25,712 bases of DNA from an uncultured bacterium (GTDB lineage Bacteria; Bdellovibrionota; JACOXK01): the NCBI GenBank assembly GCA_964373325.1, contig CAYJUJ010000002.1:1-25712 (forward strand), read 5' to 3'. A program made the position numbers and the translations under genes. This document shows, piece after piece, positions 19,120 through 25,712 of the stretch; the stretch's first letter is position 1; every line of letters begins with the position of its first letter. The notes beneath the pieces were generated by a model, which saw nothing but the letters and a program-made list of their open reading frames with translations, did no database searches and was not told the DNA's origin.

Positions 19120-19123
19120 CCTG

Positions 19124-20056
19124 TTAATTTAAATCAAGTGTAGCTGAATTTAGAATTTCTTCCACTAAATCAGGAAAGGAAAGCCCCATTTGCTGTGCAG
19201 CTTTAGGGACTAAAGAAAGTGAAGTCATACCGGGAAGTGTATTTATTTCTAGAAAATAAAACTGAAAATCAGCAGCCATCATATAATCAGCTCGAGCGAC
19301 TCCTCGACATCGCAAAAGTGAATATATTTTAACACTTGTATCTTGAATTTTCTGAGTCAGATTTGGAGGAAGTGGGGCTGGGCATAAATATTCTGTCTTA
19401 CCCTTTGTATATTTTGATTCGTAGCTATAAAATCCAATTTTGGGTTTTATTTCTATTAAGGGAAGAGCCCTTCCATTCAAAACACCAGCTGTTATTTCTC
19501 GTCCATTAATAAATTCCTCAACCATAATAGAAGTGTCATATTTTGAAGCCCCTTTCAAAGCAGAAGCAACATCTTTTTTCTCTCTCACAATGGTTATTCC
19601 AACACTAGACCCTTGTGATTCTGGCTTCACAACAAAAGGAAGCTTTATTGTAATATTCTTTTCAAATTCTTTTTGAGTCTGATTTTTAACACTCCAAATC
19701 TGGAACTCGGGCGTTTGAATGCCGTGTTGCAACAAAAAATCTTTCGTAAAGGATTTGGTCATGGAAAGAGAAGACGCAAGCACCCCAGAACCTGTGTAGG
19801 GAATTTTTAAAACCTCACAAACACCCTGAATAACACCATCTTCACCCCACGTTCCATGAAGAGCATTAAAAACAACATCAACCTTTTGCCCAGTCAGGCA
19901 GGAAAAAACATCATTTTTAAGCTCCAGTGCTACAACATCATATTTTTTTGATTTTAAAGCATCAAAGATAGCGCGGCCTGTAATAAGAGAAATCTCCCGC
20001 TCTGCAGAAGGCCCACCCATCAACACACCAATTTTTTTATTCTTATATTTTGTCAC
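19124..20056 (-). CDS. ddl: D-alanine--D-alanine ligase
   Basis: GVLMGGPSAEREISL, ALHGTWGEDG, PYTGSGV, GSSVG, omega loop FYSYESKY, LEINTLPGMT. Confidence 0.97.
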   Translation of the reverse strand: MTKYKNKKIGVLMGGPSAEREISLITGRAIFDALKSKKYDVVALELKNDVFSCLTGQKVDVVFNALHGTWGEDGVIQGVCEVLKIPYTGSGVLASSLSMTKSFTKDFLLQHGIQTPEFQIWSVKNQTQKEFEKNITIKLPFVVKPESQGSSVGITIVREKKDVASALKGASKYDTSIMVEEFINGREITAGVLNGRALPLIEIKPKIGFYSYESKYTKGKTEYLCPAPLPPNLTQKIQDTSVKIYSLLRCRGVARADYMMAADFQFYFLEINTLPGMTSLSLVPKAAQQMGLSFPDLVEEILNSATLDLN

Positions 20057-20915
20057 TATTCCAAATACGAACTTCTTCTTCTAATTGAACTCCAAACTTT
20101 TCAACTACTTTTTCTTTCACAAGAAAAATCAACTTCAGTATATCAGAACTCTTAGCTTCTCCAACGTTAATAATAAAATTGGCATGTTTCTCTGAAATAA
20201 GCGCTTGACCTATTTGAATATTCTTAAGCCCTGCTTGATCAATGAGCTTTCCAGCACTTTCCCTTTTACCATTGATAATGGGATTTTTAAAAATACACCC
20301 GCAATTAGGTTTTGTAACAGGTTGTGTTTCGTTTCTTTTTCTAATGAGTTCTTTGACAGTTTTTTGAATTTGGTTCAAGTTTTTTTTCTCTAATTTAAAA
20401 AGCCCTTTTAAAATAATATCTCCCCCAACAAGTTCGGTATCACGATAATCAAAACCAACATCTTTTTTATCTAATTCTTTAAACTCTCCTTTTGAAGTTA
20501 AAATACATACCTTTTCTGTAATAGAGCTAAAATCACTGAGTTGAGTTCCCGCATTCATGGCTATTCCACCCCCTATATTTCCGGGAATACCTGCCAAAAA
20601 TTCTGCTCCACTATATCCTTGCCTTAAACAATAAGCCAAAAATTTTTGCTTTGAGGTAGAAGAACTTGCCTCAATAAAAACGTGTGTTTTGGTTTCTTTT
20701 TCTAGAAAAATATCTTGTGGCATTTTATCAAGCTTAATAACAGCCTCTCTGATGCCTTCATCAGGGGGAAGAACGTTACTTCCACTCCCCAAAACAACAT
20801 AAGAAGAATGATTTTTGATAAAGGTTTTAAGAGAATCAATGCTCTCAGGATAAAATAGCTCTGCCTGCCCCCCCACTCGAAGGGTTGTATGATCTCTTAG
20901 AAATTCAAAGCTCAT
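20043..20915 (-). CDS. murB: UDP-N-acetylenolpyruvoylglucosamine reductase
   Basis: HTTLRVGG, LGSGSN, GIPGNIGGGIAMNAG, QP...NCGCIFKNP, KHANF, LEEEV. Confidence 0.97.
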   Translation of the reverse strand: MSFEFLRDHTTLRVGGQAELFYPESIDSLKTFIKNHSSYVVLGSGSNVLPPDEGIREAVIKLDKMPQDIFLEKETKTHVFIEASSSTSKQKFLAYCLRQGYSGAEFLAGIPGNIGGGIAMNAGTQLSDFSSITEKVCILTSKGEFKELDKKDVGFDYRDTELVGGDIILKGLFKLEKKNLNQIQKTVKELIRKRNETQPVTKPNCGCIFKNPIINGKRESAGKLIDQAGLKNIQIGQALISEKHANFIINVGEAKSSDILKLIFLVKEKVVEKFGVQLEEEVRIWNSDKI

Positions 20916-22269
20916 TTAAAAACTGCTCTCCAATTTTATAGATGCTTCCGGCACCAAGGGTGAGGAGAACATCTCCTTTCTGTACTATACTTTTTAAAGT
21001 TTTCCCGATGTTTTTTAAGTCTTTTACGTATAGCACAGAAGGGTGTTTTTTGGGAAGAGAAGCCACTAGTTTTTTGGAGGTAATGCCTGGAATAGGTTTT
21101 TCACTGGCTGCATAAATTTCGGTTAATATGAGAATATCAGTTTGGGAAAATGCAGTTGTAAACTCACGAAAGAGATCGCGCGTCCGAGTATACCTATGAG
21201 GTTGAAATAGAGTTATGAGCCGTCTTTTAGGCCAGCATACCTTGCAAGCACTTAATGTTGCTTTAATTTCAGTTGGATGATGTCCATAGTCATCAACAAC
21301 AAGAATTCCTTTTTTCTCCCCTTTAACTTGAAGTCGGCGCTCGACCCCTAAAAATTTTCCAAGAGAAGAAACAATTTTTTCAAAGGGCACTTCACATTCT
21401 CTTGCAGTCGCAATAGAGGCAAGAACATTCAAAACATTATGATAACCAGATAAAGAATAAGAAACTCGACCTAAAATTTTCCCCCGATAGTAACAATCAA
21501 AATGAGATTCTAGACCCTCTAATTTAATATTTTTAGCTGTATAGTCAGCTTTGGTTTTAAAACCATAAGTGATGCACTTCCTCTTAAGCTCTGGCAAAAT
21601 ATCTCGTACATTTTTGTCATCTGCACAGGCAATGATAGCTCCATAAAAAGGAACCTTATTAAGAAAAGAAACAAAAGCCTCTTTAATAGCCTGTAAATTC
21701 TTATAATAATCTGTGTGTTCTAAATCGATATTGGTTACAACAGAAATAGTAGGGGTTAGTTTTAAAAAAGATCCATCACTTTCATCAGCCTCTGCTACTA
21801 AAAGATCACCCCTGCCTAATTTGGCATTAGAGCCTATACCATGGACGCGCCCTCCAATAATGCAAGTTGGATCAAGCCCACCACCTTCTAAAATAGTTGC
21901 TACAAGAGAAGTAGTTGTTGTTTTTCCATGGGCGCCAGAAATAGCAATGCCGTATTTCATTCGCATAAGCTCTGCAAGCATTTCCGCCCGAGGAATAACT
22001 GGAATTTTTAGTTTTTTTGCTTTAAGAACTTCAGGGTTATTGGACGCTACAGCGGTAGAAGTCACAACAACTTGAGCATCATTTAAATGAGATGGATCAT
22101 GACCTTGATAAATACTTGCTCCCAGTTTTTTTAATCTTTCTGTAATAGGGGAAGTGTTAAGATCAGAGCCGCTTACTTGATAGCCAAGGTTTAAAAGAAC
22201 CTCAGCTATTCCACTCATACCAATTCCACCAATACCCACAAAGTGGATTTTTTTAATCTTCTGACGCAT
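20905..22269 (-). CDS. murC: UDP-N-acetylmuramate--L-alanine ligase
   Basis: HFVGIGGIGMSG, GAHGKTTT, EADESD, DDYGHHPTE, FQPHRY. Confidence 0.99.
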   Translation of the reverse strand: MRQKIKKIHFVGIGGIGMSGIAEVLLNLGYQVSGSDLNTSPITERLKKLGASIYQGHDPSHLNDAQVVVTSTAVASNNPEVLKAKKLKIPVIPRAEMLAELMRMKYGIAISGAHGKTTTTSLVATILEGGGLDPTCIIGGRVHGIGSNAKLGRGDLLVAEADESDGSFLKLTPTISVVTNIDLEHTDYYKNLQAIKEAFVSFLNKVPFYGAIIACADDKNVRDILPELKRKCITYGFKTKADYTAKNIKLEGLESHFDCYYRGKILGRVSYSLSGYHNVLNVLASIATARECEVPFEKIVSSLGKFLGVERRLQVKGEKKGILVVDDYGHHPTEIKATLSACKVCWPKRRLITLFQPHRYTRTRDLFREFTTAFSQTDILILTEIYAASEKPIPGITSKKLVASLPKKHPSVLYVKDLKNIGKTLKSIVQKGDVLLTLGAGSIYKIGEQFLNEL

Positions 22270-22312
22270 GAGTCAAGAGTTTACTGATAAGTCTTTGTAA
22301 TGACAAGACTTC

Positions 22313-22708
22313 CTAATCTAAAAAGAATTCTCTTTCTTGAGGTGTTGGAGTTCTACAAACATCTCTTTTACCAAACCATTGATAACGATGTTTTCTAACG
22401 AAATGATAACCCAAGTCTCTTAAAAAAGTGGGTACAATTTTAAAAATAAATAACAACTTCCACAGTCCACCTATTAAGTAAAAAATACGCAAAAATGCAT
22501 CGGACTTATAATACTTTTGTTCATTAACATAGAGAACAATAGTATTGATATCTTCCAAATTTTTTTGAGAAAGAACATGCTTTGCAGTTTTGCCTTGAAT
22601 CGGAGCAAAAGAAAAAATATGACTTTTATCTATTCTTAAAACAAAATTGACAAACCCATTACACAATCCACAAACACCATCAAAAAAAATAATGGGTTTA
22701 TCCACCAA
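22313..22708 (-). CDS. DCC-family thiol-disulfide oxidoreductase (YuxK/DUF393-like)
   Basis: IIFFDGVCGLCNGFVNF (DxxCxxC), FAPIQG, KSDA, RDLGY..VRKHRYQWFG. Confidence 0.92.
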   Translation of the reverse strand: MVDKPIIFFDGVCGLCNGFVNFVLRIDKSHIFSFAPIQGKTAKHVLSQKNLEDINTIVLYVNEQKYYKSDAFLRIFYLIGGLWKLLFIFKIVPTFLRDLGYHFVRKHRYQWFGKRDVCRTPTPQEREFFLD

Positions 22709-22764
22709 GTCATTTTATATCATTTTGTTTTTAGCGTCATCTGAAGGGTGCCTGCCTCATTATT

Positions 22765-22935
22765 TTATTTTTTTGAGCCTCTTCCGAACCAATCTCTCAT
22801 TCTTTCTCCAAATCTCTTCTGTTCACCATCTCGATGTGCTTCCCCAGTTGCATTACCAAGCCCAATAGAAAGTGCCCTAAAATGTCCCAAATGAAAACCA
22901 TTTTCATTTAAGGTGACTGTCCAGAAAGGGGTGTT
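22765..22935 (-). pseudogene. Probable orphan 3' gene fragment without a clear start
   Basis: 56 sense codons plus TAA: NTPFWTVTLNENGFHLGHFRALSIGLGNATGEAHRDGEQKRFGERMRDWFGRGSKK*; bounded upstream by an in-frame TAA inside a hairpin. Confidence 0.35.
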
Positions 22936-22952
22936 TTAAGGACACCCTTTGG
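22921..22952. other. Short imperfect hairpin at the 5' boundary of the gene fragment
   Basis: CCAGAAAGGGGTGT-TTTAAGG-ACACCCTTTGG; GGGTGT/ACACCC perfect core extended by AAA/TTT and CC/GG with bulges. Confidence 0.45.
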
Positions 22953-23099
22953 CTCAAAGTGGCCGTTTCGTGACGAAAAATGTTACTTTTTAGTTTTAAA
23001 AACTATGACTTCAAATCAGTATTAAGCTAAGTTATTGACTTTTTTGTGCTTTTACCTTAAGAGAATGTTGGCATTATTCTTGCTCAAAAATATGTTTAG

Positions 23100-24581
23100 A
23101 TGAAGAAAACCGCTCTCACATTATTAATATTTCTATGCCTATTTTCTACCAGTATGTCTGATGATGCTCCACAAGAAGAACCCGGTATTGATCCAAGGCG
23201 AGCCAATAAAACATCTTTATCTTTTAGACAAATAAGAGAACATTGGAATACAGATTTTACTCATATTCAAAACAACATTCTCACAGCTATAGAAATGTTG
23301 ACTGGCGAAATGCAAAAAACAGGCTTTCCTGTTTCTGAAATAACCCCTGGCAATGAGCGAGCTACAAAAGGAGCTGGTGGTTTTACCCCTAGACTTAACC
23401 CTTTGTGGGAGTTGCGCGGAGATAATTTAGAAACCCTTGTTGAAAAAGCAAAAGTGTTAGCTGAGGCTTCAGGTCTTAGATTTCTTGTCTTAGAAAATAC
23501 AGATATTCGAAATATCGAACCCTATTTTGAACGATTCGTTTTGGAAGACCAATTAGGGGTGAGGGCCAGAGATTTTCACAAAATTCCTGAAAGACTTTGG
23601 ACTCATGATATTGATCATGAAAGAATTCTTTTTAACCTTTTTGGTGAAAACCATGAACCTATGGAAGGGCTTTTCCAACCTAAGAATGGAATTATTGTAC
23701 AAGTTTTCTTTTATTATCTTTGTGCACCAGTTTTGCGGCATGTTCCAGGATTGAATCTTGTTTTTGGAAAATATTTTCCTCTCCGAAATAAATTCTTTTT
23801 ATTAAGCTCTTCTGCAAACAGAGTTGATGTGCTGCACCAGCTATACCATCTTATGCAATATCAATCAGATCCAAGAAAATATAGACGTTATGTAAGACAA
23901 AATCGAGGTGGCAAGATTTTACTTGAAATGGAAGCTCATGCTTATCTTTTAAAACATTATAAGGATTTTGGCCTTAGTTTTGCTGAGGTTATGACGGTAT
24001 TCAATCATTTTCATCATTGCCTTTGGGGTTATCAGCGTTTTCTTTCTCCCTCTAAATTAGCCAATAGACTCTATATGGACCCTAAAGGTCGACATGAAAT
24101 GCTAGTAAAAGTTCATAAAGCTCTTGAAGTTTTTAAATCTGTGCCCCCCTTTGACATAGCCATAAGAGTAGCACAAGCCAAAGAACATTATTGGGATGTT
24201 GTTGGTTTTCTTCACGAGATCAGTCGAAAACATGGAGTTGCGGGAGCAGAGCAGTTTTTAAATGGTGAAGTTCCTGATTCTCTGCTTCCAAGAAGTTTGC
24301 CTATGAGAGTTTTAATAACTCTTCAACGCTGGGTTTATAACTTGTACGAAACCTCTGCCATGATTATAAATGCCATCCGCATCGAGGCAAAACCAGATTT
24401 TGAAAGATCTTTTGACCGAGGTGCCAAAAGAGGAGCCAAGCAAACAGGAGTTTCCCAGGCCACAGGAGAAAGAGAAGCACGAGAAAGGATAGAAGAAGTG
24501 GGAAGAGAAGGTGAGGCAGCTCGCGGTAAAGAAACCGCTCCCAAACCCCGCCGCTGGAAATTCCCCCGTTTTGGAAAATAA
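23100..24581 (+). CDS. Secreted hypothetical protein with zincin-like HQxxH...ExEA motif and charged C-terminal tail
   Basis: Signal peptide MKKTALTLLIFLCLFSTSMS; DVLHQLYHLMQY followed by LLEMEAHAY; E/R/G-rich tail. Confidence 0.75.
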   Translation: MKKTALTLLIFLCLFSTSMSDDAPQEEPGIDPRRANKTSLSFRQIREHWNTDFTHIQNNILTAIEMLTGEMQKTGFPVSEITPGNERATKGAGGFTPRLNPLWELRGDNLETLVEKAKVLAEASGLRFLVLENTDIRNIEPYFERFVLEDQLGVRARDFHKIPERLWTHDIDHERILFNLFGENHEPMEGLFQPKNGIIVQVFFYYLCAPVLRHVPGLNLVFGKYFPLRNKFFLLSSSANRVDVLHQLYHLMQYQSDPRKYRRYVRQNRGGKILLEMEAHAYLLKHYKDFGLSFAEVMTVFNHFHHCLWGYQRFLSPSKLANRLYMDPKGRHEMLVKVHKALEVFKSVPPFDIAIRVAQAKEHYWDVVGFLHEISRKHGVAGAEQFLNGEVPDSLLPRSLPMRVLITLQRWVYNLYETSAMIINAIRIEAKPDFERSFDRGAKRGAKQTGVSQATGEREARERIEEVGREGEAARGKETAPKPRRWKFPRFGK

Positions 24582-24589
24582 ATAACAAC

Positions 24590-24624
24590 TTGATTATTAT
24601 GGCATATTATGCCATAATAATATT
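24590..24624 (+). promoter_or_regulatory. Sigma70-type promoter overlapped by a perfect 13-bp palindromic operator
   Basis: TTGATT (24590-24595)-N17-CATAAT (24613-24618); inverted repeat ATTATTATGGCAT (24593-24605)-ATT-ATGCCATAATAAT (24609-24621). Confidence 0.7.
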
Positions 24625-24909
24625 ATGGGTAAGGCCACTTTATATCTTCATGAGAAATTCTATCTTGATGATGAAACAGTGGTTGAAATGAAAATATGGA
24701 AAATAGCCGATACAGAGAGGTTTCCAGAGGGTTTCAAGTATTCTTTATTTGCTACAAAAGGAGCAAAAATCATTATTGGGTATGATAACCACCATCCAAA
24801 AGGTCATCATTACCATAAGGGTGGAAAGGAGTATTTTTATTACTTCAAAAACATAGATCAATTGATTCGAGATTTTTTAAGTGCTTTAAATAAGGAGGGG
24901 AAATCATGA
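24625..24909 (+). CDS. DUF6516 (TumE-like) putative toxin
   Basis: VVEMKIWKI..TERFPEGFKYSLF...IIGYDNHHPKGHHYH, the remembered DUF6516 pattern; ATGA-coupled to an HTH gene. Confidence 0.75.
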   Translation: MGKATLYLHEKFYLDDETVVEMKIWKIADTERFPEGFKYSLFATKGAKIIIGYDNHHPKGHHYHKGGKEYFYYFKNIDQLIRDFLSALNKEGKS

Positions 24910-25280
24910 AGGTTAAAAAAATAAATGTCCAGATTAAATCTTTAAAAGAGGGTTTAGAAGATTTTAGAAAAACAGCAAAAGCCATTCAAGAAGGAGTAAA
25001 AGTTTTTAAGAAAAAAGGAGTTTATTTTACTTCTCTTAAAGCCATAAGAAATATACTTACAGAACGAAGAATGGAACTTTTAGAAGCGATAAAAACAAAA
25101 CAGCCTTCTAATATAAAACACTTAGCAAAATTAGTAGATAGAGATTTCAAAAGTGTACATAGAGATTTGCAATATCTTGTTGATTTAGGGCTTGTTTTGT
25201 TCGAGAAAGGTAAGGGTCGTGGACAAGTTCTTAAACCACAGGTTCTTTATAATACCTTAGAACTTCGCATTGCTGTTTAA
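24906..25280 (+). CDS. Winged-HTH DNA-binding protein (COG4190/HVO_A0114-like), putative antitoxin/autorepressor
   Basis: FTSLKAIRNILTERRMELLEAIK...SNIKHLAKLVDRDFKSVHRDLQYLVDLGLV; ATGA overlap with the upstream gene. Confidence 0.75.
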   Translation: MKVKKINVQIKSLKEGLEDFRKTAKAIQEGVKVFKKKGVYFTSLKAIRNILTERRMELLEAIKTKQPSNIKHLAKLVDRDFKSVHRDLQYLVDLGLVLFEKGKGRGQVLKPQVLYNTLELRIAV

Positions 25281-25290
25281 TTAAAGCTTT

Positions 25291-25712
25291 TTATTTTTCT
25301 AAATGTGTTGTTATGAAATTAACTATTTTTTCGGCGGGATTTCCCCAGTTAAATTCTTTCAAGGCCTCTTTCATTTTTTCTAACACCTGTTCATAAGTTA
25401 TCATCTGTTTAACAATGTTAGCTAATTTTTCTCCTGAAATATCTTGCTGAAGCACTACTCGAGTAGCTCCTTTTTTTCCTAATTCTTCTGCATTATAAAC
25501 CTGATGACTCTTGGCATAAGGATAAGGAATGAGAATAGAAGGTGTTTGTGTGACAATAAGTTCTGAAACCGTTCCTGCACCAGCCCGCCCAATGACTAAA
25601 TCGGCCTCGGCTAAATAGGGGGCCACATCATCAATGAAAGGAATGATTTCTGCATTAACTTTTTTCTCAGCATATTCTTTTTTAACCATTTCTAGATCTT
25701 CATGCCCCGTTT
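25291..25712 (-). CDS. murG: Undecaprenyl-PP-MurNAc-pentapeptide GlcNAc transferase, 3' part only
   Basis: Frame is open to the right edge (..TGHEDLEMVKKEY, the HQTG region); PFIDDV, DLVIGRAGAGTVSEL, PSILIPYP, HQVYNA. Confidence 0.95.
   Translation of the reverse strand, partial: TGHEDLEMVKKEYAEKKVNAEIIPFIDDVAPYLAEADLVIGRAGAGTVSELIVTQTPSILIPYPYAKSHQVYNAEELGKKGATRVVLQQDISGEKLANIVKQMITYEQVLEKMKEALKEFNWGNPAEKIVNFITTHLEK

Noticed and set aside
19124-20056. Ddl as a D-Ala-D-Lac (vancomycin-resistance-type) ligase
   Set aside because: The omega loop keeps the Tyr (FYSYESKY) typical of D-Ala-D-Ala ligases, and the gene sits in the dcw cluster.
22647-22868. 73-aa plus-strand ORF
   Set aside because: Overlaps the DCC gene start antisense and has no motif; the minus-strand frame explains the purine bias better.

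Overview
AT-rich, densely packed bacterial chromosome segment. FtsA/FtsZ style and the microcompartment type suggest a deltaproteobacterial-type lineage (inference only). Left to right: (1) a minus-strand bacterial microcompartment (BMC) operon resembling the Haliangium ochraceum (HO) type: BMC-T(dp), BMC-H, BMC-P, acylating aldehyde dehydrogenase with encapsulation peptide, BMC-T(s), and a second BMC-P that runs off the left edge and is absent from the ORF track; (2) a secreted HExxH zinc-peptidase-like gene, a perfect 28-bp inverted repeat and ligA; (3) mnmH/selU plus a methyltransferase-like gene; (4) the distal dcw cluster (murG partial, murC, murB, ddl, ftsQ, ftsA, ftsZ), split twice. Between ddl and ftsQ lies a ~6.6-kb alpha-glucan/sugar module (CUT2 ABC transporter, ROK kinase, fungal-type GH15 glucoamylase, secreted unknown). 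Between murG and murC lies a ~3-kb block (DCC oxidoreductase, gene remnant, secreted HQxxH protein, apparently leaderless DUF6516/HTH toxin-antitoxin-like pair). Most unusual sequence-level signals: REP-like palindromes translated in frame in the linker of the BMC aldehyde dehydrogenase and bracketing its encapsulation peptide, the 28-bp palindrome, a multi-stem element before the ftsZ RBS, and an operator-overlapped leaderless promoter. No rRNA, tRNA, CRISPR array or transposase was seen. No searches were run; family calls rest on motifs and remembered reference sequences.
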